Positions 9,295 to 20,576 of a DNA stretch of 64,000 bases are shown piece by piece. Each line of letters opens with the position of its first letter. Position 1 is the first letter of the stretch. Under the pieces are notes generated by a model, which did no database searches, had not been told where the DNA came from, and saw only the letters and a list, made by a program, of their open reading frames with translations. The stretch spans positions 23,312,001 through 23,376,000 of the forward strand of contig NC_135765.1 of assembly GCF_052425735.1 (NCBI RefSeq), in the 5' to 3' direction. The position numbers and the translations under genes are program-made. Origin of the DNA: Oculina patagonica. Its lineage: Eukaryota.

Positions 9295-12200
9295 GAAAGA
9301 AAAGCCTTTCTACCCATAATGTCCAAAGACGCGAGCGATAAGACTGAAGAAGGAACTTGGTATGGTGATGTTGCCAACGCCAACGACAATATTGTAGGTT
9401 TAAATGATGCAACACAGTATCTCAAACAAACCACTGACGTACTTGGCATCGATAATCAGAGTCTGGGAGATTTAAAAACAACCATCGAGTACCATGAAAG
9501 ACGTCTAAACATTGACAGAGAAATACTAGATAGTTTTGCCGAAGGACTTGCATATGCTAAACTTGGCATCGCCTTTCAATATCTGGGATATTTCGAAAAA
9601 GCCATCGAGTACCATGAACGTCATCTAATGATTGCCAAAGAAGTAGGAGATACGGCTGGAGAAGGACGTGCATATGGTAACCTTGGCTGCGCTTATGGTA
9701 GTCTGGGAGATTTCAAAAAAGCCATCGAGTACCATGAATGTGATCTAAAAATTGCCAAAGAACTAGGAGATATGGCTGGAGAAGGAGATGCATATAGTAA
9801 CCTTGGCGTCGCTTATCGCAAACTGGGAGATTTCAAAAAAGCCATCGAGTACCATGAACGTGATCTAAAAATTGCCAAAGAAGTAGGGAATACGGCTGGA
9901 GAAGGACGTGCATATGCTAACCTTGGCATCGCTTATCACAGTCTAGGAGATTTCAAAAAGGTTATCGAGTGCTATGAATGTCATCTAAAAATTGCCAAAG
10001 AAGTAGAAGACGAGGTTGAAGAAGGAGGTGCATGTTCTTACCTTGGCATTGCCTATGACAATCTAGGAGACTTCAGAAAAGCCATCGAGTACCATGAACG
10101 TCATCTTAGAATTGCCCAAAAAACAGGAGACAGGTGTGGAGAAGGAAGTGCATATGGCAACCTTGGCATTTCCTTTGGAAAACTTGGAGATTTCAGAAAA
10201 GCCATCGAGTTTCATGAACGTCATCTAAAAATTGCCAAAGAAGCAGGAGACACAGCTGGCGAAGGACGTGCATATTGTAGCCTTGGTAACGCTAATCACA
10301 GGGTGGGGGATTTCAAAAAAGCCATCGAGTACCATGAACGTTGTCTAAGAATTGCTAAAGAATTGGGAGACATGGATGGAATAGGAGGTGCATATGGAGG
10401 CCTTGGCAACGCTTTTTACAGTATGGGAGAATTGGAGAAAGCCATCAAGTACCAAGAACTTCATTTAAAAATTGCCACAGAAGTAGGAAACAAGGCTGGA
10501 GAAAGAGGTGCATACACTAGCCTAGGCATTGGCTATCGCCATCTGGGAGATTTAGAAAAAGCCATAGATTACCATGAACGAAGTTTAAAAATTGCCAAAG
10601 AAGTAGGAGATACGGCTGGAGAAGGACATGCATATGGTAACCTTGGCAACGCTTATCTCAGTCTGGGAGATTTCAGAAAAGCCATCGAGTGCCATGAGTA
10701 TCTTCTAAAAATTACCAAAGAAGTAGAAGACAGGGCTGGAGAGGGGAGTGCATATGGTAACCTTGGCAACGCTTATCTCAGACTGGGAGATTACAAAAAA
10801 GCCATCGAGTGCTCTGAATGTTATCTAAAAATTGCCAAAGAGGTAGGAGACGAGACTGGAGAAGGACGTGCATATGGTATTCTTGGCAACGCTTATCTCA
10901 GTCTGGGAGATTTCAAAAAAGCGATTGAGTACCATGAACATCATCTTATAATTGCTCAAAAAACAGGAGACAGGTGTGGAGAAGGAGGTGCATATGGTAG
11001 CCTTGGCATTTCCTATAGACATCTTGGAGATTTCAGAAAAGCCATCGAGTTTCATGAACGCAGTTTAAAAATTGCCAAGAAAGTACTAAACAGGGCTGGA
11101 GAAGGAGGTGCATATGGAAACCTTGGCTTTGATTATCACTGCTTGGGAGATTTCAAAAAAGCCATCGAGTACTATGAATGTGGTCTAAAAATCTCCAAAG
11201 AAGTAGGCAGATGTGATGAAGGAGGTGCATATGGCAATCTTGGCATAGTTTATCACAGTCTTGGAGATTTCAGAAAAGCCATCGAGCACCATGAACGTCA
11301 TCTCAAAATTGCCATAGAAGTAGAAGATACGGCTGGAGAAGGATGTGCATATAGTAACCTTGGCATTGAATATTTCAGATTGGGAGATTACAAAAAAGCC
11401 ATCGAATACCATGAACGCGCTCTCAAAATAGCCAAAGAAACCGGAGACAGGGCTGCAGAATCAAAGGTATATGGTAACCTTGGCAGTACCTATGCCCTTC
11501 TGAGAGATTTTAAAAAAGCCATCGAGTACGAAAAAAGTGGTCTAAAAATTGCAAGAGAAATAGGAGAAACGGCTGCAGAGGCTGCATTGCTTAACAACCT
11601 TGGTCAAAATTTTGAATTAGAAGGCTTACTAATCGAGGCTCTTGACTGTTATTATTCTAGTGTGAGAAAGTACAACGATGTTAGGCACCGTCTACTGTTT
11701 AACGATGAGTGGAAAATTAGTTACCGCAATATGTATAGTTTTGCGTACACTTCTTTATGGCGTCTGTTGCTTAAACAAGGCGAGGTAATTAAGGCTCTTT
11801 TTGCCGCTGAGCAAGCACGTGCACAAGCACTGCAAGATCTTATGAATTTAAAGTACGCATCTGAATCAGTTCACAAAACAGAAGAAATAACCTATGACAC
11901 CTTCAGTTGCCTCCCATCGACAACAGTCTTTTTGGCGATTGATGAAAGAGAAATCATTTTCTGGACTATCCGAAACGGTAAAGATGTTCATTTAAGAAGA
12001 CAAAGAATTGGCGGTAGTAGCTCGGAAGATGTCGCGACCACTGTTGCCGAGTCTTTAATTCACAGTGCTTATGGAAAAATTGGTTTAAGAGATAGTGTGA
12101 AATGTGAGGATCGTTCATTGGATAGGCTGAGCCATGAAGATTTGCCAAATAAGAAGTGCAGTCACACCATATCTGAACCGACGGAAATTGATACAAATCC

Positions 12201-13062
12201 TTTGAGAGCATTGTATGACGTCATTATTGGTCCCATCTTCGACTTGATTCATGGCAATGAACTGATATTGGTTCCTGAAGGACCATTGTGCTTGGCCCCT
12301 TATGCTGCATTCCTCGATTTTAATTTAAAATATCTGAGTGATGCCTTCAAAATCCGAGTAATTCCGTCCCTGAGTAGCTTGAAGTTGCTCAACGATTGTT
12401 CAGCAGATTACCACAAGAAGTCTGGGGCGCTGCTTGTGGGTGATCCATGTTTAGAGGAAGTTCTTTATCAGGGAGAAAGGCTGATGCAGCTGCCATGTGC
12501 AAAAGCAGAAGTAGAAATGATTGGGGAACTTCTACAGACTGCTCCCCTCACCGGAAAAGAGGCAACAAAAGATGAAGTCTTGAGAAGACTCCCTTCAGTT
12601 GCTTTGGTACACATTGCAGCACATGGTCGTATGGAAACAGGAGAAATTGCGTTGGCACCAAGCACTACAAGAGTATTCCAAAGTCCTTCTGAGGAAGACT
12701 TCCTTTTAACAATGAAAGATGTGTTGAGAGTTCAATTGCGAGCAAGACTGGTTGTACTAAGTTGCTGCCATAGTGGTCGTGGTGAGATTAAGTCTGAGGG
12801 GGTGGTTGGCATTGCACGGGCCTTTCTTGGTGCCGGTGCTCGTTCTGTTCTTGTGTCCCTGTGGGCGATTGATGACGAGGCTACTCTGGAGTTCATGAAG
12901 AGTTTTTACCAACATCTAGCAGAAGGAAGAAGTGCTAGTGAAGCTCTGAACCGAGCTATGAAGTTTTTGAGAGATTCTGACGAGTTTAACGAAGTGAAAT
13001 ACTGGGCGCCATTTGTACTCATCGGTGATGACGTTACACTGGACTTAGATGAAGGCGATTAG
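9295..13062 (+). CDS. TPR-CHAT protein (tetratricopeptide repeat protein 28-like): large coding exon with 17 full 40-aa TPRs and a C-terminal CHAT (caspase HetF-associated) protease domain
   Basis: 1267-aa ORF; acceptor cttcttcccgtcttacag at 9294 is in frame. CHAT motifs: [72 protein letters not shown] donor gtaagt at 13075 suggests a 3'UTR intron to ~13696. Confidence 0.95.
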   Translation, partial: ERKAFLPIMSKDASDKTEEGTWYGDVANANDNIVGLNDATQYLKQTTDVLGIDNQSLGDLKTTIEYHERRLNIDREILDSFAEGLAYAKLGIAFQYLGYFEKAIEYHERHLMIAKEVGDTAGEGRAYGNLGCAYGSLGDFKKAIEYHECDLKIAKELGDMAGEGDAYSNLGVAYRKLGDFKKAIEYHERDLKIAKEVGNTAGEGRAYANLGIAYHSLGDFKKVIECYECHLKIAKEVEDEVEEGGACSYLGIAYDNLGDFRKAIEYHERHLRIAQKTGDRCGEGSAYGNLGISFGKLGDFRKAIEFHERHLKIAKEAGDTAGEGRAYCSLGNANHRVGDFKKAIEYHERCLRIAKELGDMDGIGGAYGGLGNAFYSMGELEKAIKYQELHLKIATEVGNKAGERGAYTSLGIGYRHLGDLEKAIDYHERSLKIAKEVGDTAGEGHAYGNLGNAYLSLGDFRKAIECHEYLLKITKEVEDRAGEGSAYGNLGNAYLRLGDYKKAIECSECYLKIAKEVGDETGEGRAYGILGNAYLSLGDFKKAIEYHEHHLIIAQKTGDRCGEGGAYGSLGISYRHLGDFRKAIEFHERSLKIAKKVLNRAGEGGAYGNLGFDYHCLGDFKKAIEYYECGLKISKEVGRCDEGGAYGNLGIVYHSLGDFRKAIEHHERHLKIAIEVEDTAGEGCAYSNLGIEYFRLGDYKKAIEYHERALKIAKETGDRAAESKVYGNLGSTYALLRDFKKAIEYEKSGLKIAREIGETAAEAALLNNLGQNFELEGLLIEALDCYYSSVRKYNDVRHRLLFNDEWKISYRNMYSFAYTSLWRLLLKQGEVIKALFAAEQARAQALQDLMNLKYASESVHKTEEITYDTFSCLPSTTVFLAIDEREIIFWTIRNGKDVHLRRQRIGGSSSEDVATTVAESLIHSAYGKIGLRDSVKCEDRSLDRLSHEDLPNKKCSHTISEPTEIDTNPLRALYDVIIGPIFDLIHGNELILVPEGPLCLAPYAAFLDFNLKYLSDAFKIRVIPSLSSLKLLNDCSADYHKKSGALLVGDPCLEEVLYQGERLMQLPCAKAEVEMIGELLQTAPLTGKEATKDEVLRRLPSVALVHIAAHGRMETGEIALAPSTTRVFQSPSEEDFLLTMKDVLRVQLRARLVVLSCCHSGRGEIKSEGVVGIARAFLGAGARSVLVSLWAIDDEATLEFMKSFYQHLAEGRSASEALNRAMKFLRDSDEFNEVKYWAPFVLIGDDVTLDLDEGD
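9541..11640 (+). repeat. Coding tandem array of 120-nt TPR units
   Basis: gccatcgag or a close variant recurs every 120 nt from 9601 to 11161, then shifts by 3 nt after a one-codon deletion near 11210. Confidence 0.97.
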
Positions 13063-15725
13063 ATGTACCTTACTGTAAGTATATCTTTTAAGAATTACGT
13101 TTGATAGTAACAGTTGTGTTGATTAAAAGGTTAAGAAATACAACGTAAAGGGATTGTATTGTTGTTAACATTGTTTTACAACAACACTTTTTCAGCGTTA
13201 TTTCAGATAAATTTTCAGATGACAATAATTATACGCTTTGTTTGTAAGTGTTGCAAATTGAAAGCTTATTGTAGAAAACGTTGGTTTTTGCCGCTGTTTT
13301 AGATTTTCGATGACAAATGTTGTTTCTTGCAAAGTGAAAACTAAAAGATTTTTGCTCGCGTGTTAATAGGAATTTGCGTTTGCTATGGTTTCCTTAACTA
13401 CGCTTGGTAGCTGTTTTAAAATCCCAGGCCAATCAGAACAAAACTCTATCGTTATTTGCTTTCGTTTTCCCGTGCCTAGTGCCGACAACATGTATTTGTT
13501 TCAAGTTTTGATTGGCATGTATTTTGATTGGCTCACGGGATTGCCTGGGATATTTGTAGAAAGTGTGATTAATTCAATTGGTTTTGGCTTTCCCACAGTT
13601 TAACGATAATCGCTTTAATAGTGGAAAATTATTTTATTTCTAGTGGTTGGTTCTTTCATTTGATATGTTAAATGTTTTCATTTTTTTCCATCTAAGGTGG
13701 CGAACTTGAAACCTTAATACAGGGCAAAACAGGGCTTGGACGATCGGTACTGATGTAGACTTGATGGGTGTTTCTTCACATTGTAAAGAACAGTTGACTT
13801 GTCTAAAAGACATCGTAAATACTGATCTTTAGAGAGTAATTAGGAGTTAAAGCTTCTGCAACTACAAAATCGATGAAATGAAGCTTTAGTCCCAATAGTA
13901 GCTAACAGCGTTTTTACGTCGTTCCCTGTAGCATGACCAGTGGGCTTATCAATACGGCGAACAAAAACGACTCTCTGTTGTCACGAGAATACTAAATACT
14001 ATTAGTTAATTTAAGTCAAAGTAGCTCACTACCCGACAGTTTGTTTGCGTCTTCCTGTATTGCATCAGAAAGGGTTAAATTTGAAGCCAACCGCCAATTA
14101 CTTTTCGGATATACAAATGATGTTAAGTTATCCCCTAGGCATTATTTTTAGTTTTATTATAAAGGATTTATGATCATTTGATACAACAGTCCATATCATA
14201 AGGGCGGTTGAACAGCTACTTGGAAGTAATCACAAAGAAGTAGTAGTAAACTATTCAATTACAATAGAAATAGCAACATTTGTATTTAATTAGTAATTTC
14301 GAAAAACAACAGAAAAAAAAGTCATGTAGATACTTGTACGTACCAGTTAATGTCGTCATGTCTGTGGCATGCAAAGTGATAACAAAAAGGTATTTGGTGA
14401 GAGAATTAAAGATATTTTAGTTAAACATTTTAAAATGAAAACTAGCGATATAAGTAGAGAACAACGTTTCGCTGTCTTCATGATAGCGTTTTCAAGGTCA
14501 GTGTCAATGTCAAGTGCGACGGCTAGTTATGAATATGATTTTATAATAGAGCGTGAAGAGTGTAGTGAAGTATTTTGAATGTAATTAGAGGTACAGAAAA
14601 ATTAGGAACGCATTGAGAAAACGCTGTAAAGCGATTGAGTGTTAGTGATAGGACTCAAGCTCTGCTAACATTATAAACAGATGAATATATCACTGCGCCT
14701 TTTACAAAGCAGTTCCTCATTTCAATCACTTTAACTAACGTAACCAATTAAATATTTGCAAGAAATTTGGCATAAACAGCTTTAAAACTATAAAAATCAT
14801 ACTTTAAAATTGTTAGTCAGATTGAAGGACAAGTAGCAGTTTTCACTGAGTAAAATAGTAATAAAATAAATTTGGTTTTGAAATTGGTGTATCACTAAGA
14901 AAGAAGAAATTGATTCATTTTTATATTAAAAGGATATCTAAATCTAGAAAATTTAATGGAGAAAGGATTTGTATTCATATATCATAAATTATATCATTTA
15001 TCTTGTTTCTGTTTTTTTTGTGCAATACTATCAATTTATTCGGTTATACAGTTTTGTTTGCATTCTTTGGTTTTCTAGTATTGCGAACTTGTTGAAGAAT
15101 ATCGTACAGGTAGGAACTTTTATTGAGTGAAATAGTAATTAAAATATACTTGTATTTTAAAGTGACGTTTCACCTGGAGAAGAAACTTGTTCGTTTTAAT
15201 TCCATTTAAAAATTTTAAGCCATAGACAGTTTAAGGAGCTTCGACTGTATCAATTATCGTGTTTCTTAATGGTATCATATGTTTTGTTATATTTTGCTTA
15301 GCCTGTTAAAATTTCTAGGGCAATTGTTAAGGGGAATGATAATAAAAATTATTTCAAGATAACACTTTTTGTGTGCCTTCAGCGTCTTGATTGGGACTCT
15401 GTTTGGGAAGATATTAGTTTGGCAGAACAAGATTTGGTATTAAAGAGTTCCCCCTGTTTTCCTTTTCACCAGCTGTCATTCACTTATTTTCTCCTCATTC
15501 CGGGAACCTGATATATAAGGTTATATGTAGCTTCGTTTTCGCAGGGCAGTCTTCGAACGAAAGAGTTTCTTCTGATGACTCTTAAAAGTTAACAGGAGAA
15601 AATCCGATTGGAGGAGGGGGGCAACTCTCATGTTCAGGGGTGGAGAGTTTTCGAAGGAAAACTTGAAATAAACCTCTGAACGAAAACAATCAGGGCGCGG
15701 CTTTAGCAGATACCATTCTTTAATG

Positions 15726-15911
15726 ATTCGCTTTTTGCACGATCCCATAATACATCTTGTTTACCCCCCAAAATTTTTGCGTAAGCATTGTTTTCAATTT
15801 CTCTTGAGACGATTGTACGTCACTGTAAATCCAAAGAGAAATTGAAAACAATGCTTACGCAAAAATTTTGGGGAAACAAAATGTATTATGGGAACGGTGA
15901 AAACAGCGAAT
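15726..15911. mobile_element. Palindromic MITE (~186 bp)
   Basis: cccataatacat...ttttgcgtaagcattgttttcaatttctctt pairs with aagagaaattgaaaacaatgcttacgcaaaa...atgtattatggg. Confidence 0.8.
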
Positions 15912-18015
15912 ACAAATAAAAGCTATAGTGGCTTAAACCCCTTAAGCCCCGATGTCAATATACAAATTCTCCTGACTGATCTCCCATATTTACATATTGT
16001 ATAAGTTGGGAGAATTTGTTAAACGAATAAAGCAATTTCCCTTTGATGATTATTTTATTAATTCTCGTAAACTTTCATCCAGATTACGTACTGATATTGT
16101 GAGGAGAAATTTGATGCTCGTCACCCTTGGTACTTTTACGTCAGATTAACCTACACTGTTGATAAAGTATGGCAAAGTTTCTTGTTTTCTTTCATGCGCA
16201 ATCCTCAAGACAGCTATATCAAGATTCCAAGGGGGGAGGGGGCGAACCGCAGAGCCCTAAACTGTTTGCCGCGGAGCCCGGAGTCCTATAGTTTCGCTCC
16301 TTGGAGCCCTCATGCTGTTTTAATGCTGAATCTGGAGCCCCAAATACTGAATTCAGTCATTCTTACACACAGATAGCGTCATATGGCCTGGTGCGTTGTT
16401 TGCTAGTCTCATTTAAAAAAAATCAAATTATAGATTACTGAGATGCTGAACACAACAACAACAACAACACCATTATTGACCCTTCATGTAGCTACTTACA
16501 TAGAACCGTACAACTTAGAAAAGGAAAAACAAGGGTACTGGCGACCCGAAATAGCACACCATTGGGCTAAAAATGCCAAAATGTTTTAACAGGTTTTGGT
16601 CGGACACACAAACGTACGAAGCATAACATACCAGAGAGAAAAGAAAAAAAGAAGCCAAAAACCATACTTGTAATCTATAACTATAAGTACGTTATTGACT
16701 GTGTTAAATATTAACATATTAATTGATAAACAATTCAGGAAAACTGTAACACATTAGTATATCAGTAGAGCCTGGAGCCCTCGTTTGATGTACCCCTAGG
16801 GTTTACAATTTATGTTTGGTACCAATTAGTAAAGTTTTATTCGCAAAACCTGACTTTCCAATTTAGAGATTTTTTCGAATTCTATGCATCATGTATGCAT
16901 TAGTAAGTGTAATTTTTTGTTCTAGATACTGATAGCTCTTAGGAATGAAAAGGAGTAAAGCTCACGACCAGAAAATACGTACATTCTGATATCTTTGACA
17001 GCCTACGTGTACTTTTACAAATCCCGATAAAAAGCCCTATCATTTTTTAATGGCAGTCCCGGATATCAATTGCTCTTGGCAAGAAAGTAAATTATGTTTA
17101 GCATTTGAATGTACAAAATCCTCACAATTTAAATAACTTGATGATTTTACACAGTTTATCTCAGCTAATTACGTCATGTATAAGAAATGTGGATAGAGCA
17201 AAATCTCTGAATATAATGAAAAAAACCTTTTTAGACTAGCCAAGTGAAGGTGAGTAAAAGGAGAAGAAAAGAAAGTGGTTCATAGAAAAAGGTTTCTCTT
17301 TTCTCTTTTGCTCACGTCGTGCTCATTTTACTATCCTAGAAAAGCTTGCTGTGACTAACACCTTTAGCTTTTTAACTTACAAGTGTTTTTAAATGATGAA
17401 CACCGAAATTCCTACAATTTATATTTGTACAATCAAGTGCATTCATTAAAAAATGGAGTTGCGTTATATGTTGCCCCCCGGGGGAGGGGGGACAGGGGCA
17501 GAGGGGGCGGGCAGAAACCTGGAAGGTAGTGGCCTGAAATTTTATGGGCGGCAGAAGAAGAGAGGGCAGGCAGGATTCTAAAAGTAGCAGGAACTGGGAG
17601 GAATTGGAAAAATGTTTTGCATCTTTGTTAAAGGATTTGGCACAGAGAAGGGGGGACCACTAAGGAATGGGGTGGGGCACGGAGAAAAAGGTACAGGAAG
17701 CCAGAAGTTCACCTCTTCCAACTTATATCAACACCCAGCCCCCACCCCCAACACCTATATTAAAACTCAGTCATGCTTAGCTTTAAATCCTCTAAACTGT
17801 AGAAAACTTCAATTGAAAAAAATGACTATTAATATTATTAATAAGCTAACAGTGCTTAGAAGTGATTTTTTATTGTTTTAATTTTTTTTTCATAAAATAA
17901 CAACCACTGATAATTCCTAAAGCACAAGCCGTTAAAATATCAACGTATAGTCGTATATCAGACATCACGCAATGAATCAGCAAACTATGAAACTAGTTTA
18001 TTTATTATAACTCAT

Positions 18016-18255
18016 ATGATTTCCGCTCCGAATGGAGAATGCCCTTGTTCCTGCAGCATGTTACCTCCAACAGGGGGTACTTGCTTTGTAGCCCCTCCTT
18101 TCCGACTTGACGAGGGGAGTCGGGGATTGGATGTCCTACCAGAGCATTCTGGTGGAATAGCAAGGGAGTCCAATCGCGTCTATAGCATTGCTTCTCTTCG
18201 CCTTCGTGCCAAAGAACATCAGATGAACATCGTGCAGATTCTTAGCAGAAAATAA
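18016..18255 (+). CDS. Terminal-exon-like segment encoding an OAR motif (C-terminus of a paired-like homeobox protein); 5' boundary uncertain, possibly a pseudogenic fragment
   Basis: RVYSIASLRLRAKEH at 18175-18219 matches the OAR consensus (SSIAxLRLKAKEH) and lies just before the stop; frame open back to 17914; AT-rich UTR with aataaa follows. Confidence 0.72.
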   Translation: MISAPNGECPCSCSMLPPTGGTCFVAPPFRLDEGSRGLDVLPEHSGGIARESNRVYSIASLRLRAKEHQMNIVQILSRK

Positions 18256-18994
18256 AATACTTCTACACGAAGTTGAAAATTCTTTTCTAGTTAGTCGGAA
18301 ATTACGAGATACATTTTAGTTTTCTGGCTCATTGGTATCGAATCTTCGAATAAAGATGAATATTGTATTTTACAATATTTTATCTGCATGTCAGAAAATT
18401 TCGAAAAAGTTTTAGTATTTTCTGAATTTGTAATTTAATGAATAGTGTCTACATATCGAAGGTATATCGAACTGTATCTGACTTTTTAAGACAATGTAAA
18501 ACAAATACAGCTACCTAACTGTAAATAAATTTATATTGACCGTAAGTTTTGTTTAGCCTCTTTTGTTTTTAAGTAAAAAAGCTTTCAGTGGGTTAAAAAA
18601 ATGAATTTATCGATGCAATTAAATTATACATGTTCTTGTAAACTTATAAAGTAACCCTTTGATGGCGGGATCTGACTTCTTAGAGATAACTTTGCAAAAA
18701 GTTGCAAAATCTGAACTCAGTTAATGCCGATTTTAATAATCAAAGACAGACGATTAGAACATATATTAAGGATAAAGAAACTGTCTTGGACGAAAAGAAA
18801 CACAATTATTAACTAAATGACGAAAAAATAGAAATAAAAAAATGTGTTTTATTGTCAGATTGCAACCTACATGAAATAACTTGCTCGGTGGAAGCCAGAA
18901 CCGTATATACATGGGATAGCCCCCATCCCCCAATCCCCATCTCCGCTTGGAAGCTCCTCTGTTATAAAGTACATCTATCTGCTAACACAAAAAT

Positions 18995-19308
18995 ATTCCG
19001 GGTATAAGCCATCCCCAAGAATAAGCCTCACCCTGGGTATCAGCTATTCCCGGGTTTAAGCCATTCCTTGAGTATAAATCATCACCTGGGTATAAGGCAT
19101 CCCCCGGGTAAATGCTATCCCCAGGTATAAGCAATTCCCTGGGTTTAAGCCATTTCCCGGATGTAAGCCATTCCTTGGGTATAAATCATTACCTGGGTAT
19201 AAGGCATCCCCGGGTGTAAGCTATCCCCAGGTATAAGCCATTCCTTGGGTATAAATCATTACCTGGGTATAAGGCATCCCCGGGTGTAAGCTATCCCCAG
19301 GTATAAGT
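18995..19308. repeat. Minisatellite, ~18-bp unit (cccgggtataagccat-like) with a 70-bp higher-order duplication
   Basis: 19168-19237 is repeated exactly at 19238-19307. Confidence 0.9.
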
Positions 19309-20576
19309 CCCCTTCCAAGTTCTTTTTCACTGTGATGAAAACATTAGTTTCCAAGTAGAAATCAGATAAAAAACGTTTAGTGAAATAAAGAAGTTTTTGT
19401 CACAATATATGCCTCATCAGATCTGAACATAAGGTTCTAAAATTGGAGAATATTTTACACATGTGTAATGTTTTTTTTTTTTCGTGCAAGTATACATCGG
19501 CCACGGGATGCCTAGTAAACAATATTTCCTTCTAACTTCGTTCGCAATTGTTGTAAATCTAATAGTCCGTATAAATTAATTTGATCCTTGACAGCTCAAT
19601 TTCAGAGGTTTTTTCATACCGCTTATCGCAGACTCCCTCGAATATAAAAGCCCCCAAATAAAATCCTTCCCCAAACCCCTCCCAAAAGATTAACCCAGAT
19701 CCGTTGAATGTTTTGACCGCACACGAATCGAAATTCTATTGCCAATCGGTGGTGCTCATTTCGGCCCAAGAGTGTCTCCGATTTCTTTGAAATATTTCGC
19801 TTTGTATGATCAAGAATGCCTTAAAAACATTTTTATCGTTTTTGACTTCATAGAAAGTACACAAACGTTTTCCAAAGCAACATCTGTAGCTTAGAAACAT
19901 ATATTTGACTTGTATTTTGCATGGATTTTTCGAGGGCGTTTTGTGAGCTCGTTTTAGTAGTCAAGTGATATTGAAAGTTAATAAAACTAAACTAACGTTT
20001 GAAATTATAACGAGATTTGTTAATTCGTATGAATTGATGCTTAGTAAATAGGGAAAGCTAATTTAAAACTGGTCTTTACTGCATCCTTTTGTCATTGACT
20101 AGTATACCAAACGTCACCTGAACTTTATTTCCTTTTCTGCTAAACTTTATGTATTGTTTCTATTCAATATTTTACACAAAAGGTTATAGATACACCACAG
20201 GAGATAAAATCAAAAGAAAAATACATTTAAGAGAAAAATAAAACTGTTTTTAATTTAAAAAATTCAAATATCTTGAAAAGTTCTGTCGAATTTTAGTAGC
20301 TCAATTCTAAGCACGATGGTCTTCCAATTAATATCATGGAAATATTGTGAAGCATAAAATTTAAAAGAGAAGAATTAAAATTATCAAGAAAGTTTCGTTG
20401 AAGCTAACATATGGCATTTAATAAGGAGAAGTAATGTTTTAAACTAAGGGGTTAAATTGTATAAACGTTTGTGTCGTAAACGGATCAGTTTATTGAATTT
20501 ATTTGATCTTTCATGTTAAAGTTTCCTTTTTTCATTGTTATCATTTCTTCAAACCAATCTTTGATATGGCTCTTAA

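Noticed and set aside
9541-11640. Regular 120-bp repeats as a CRISPR-like array
   Set aside because: They are in-frame coding TPR units with no repeat/unique-spacer structure, in a eukaryotic context.
13100-17900. Homeobox exon belonging to the OAR segment
   Set aside because: No WFxNRR-like or helix-1 motif found by eye or in the ORF track; a short split exon cannot be fully excluded.
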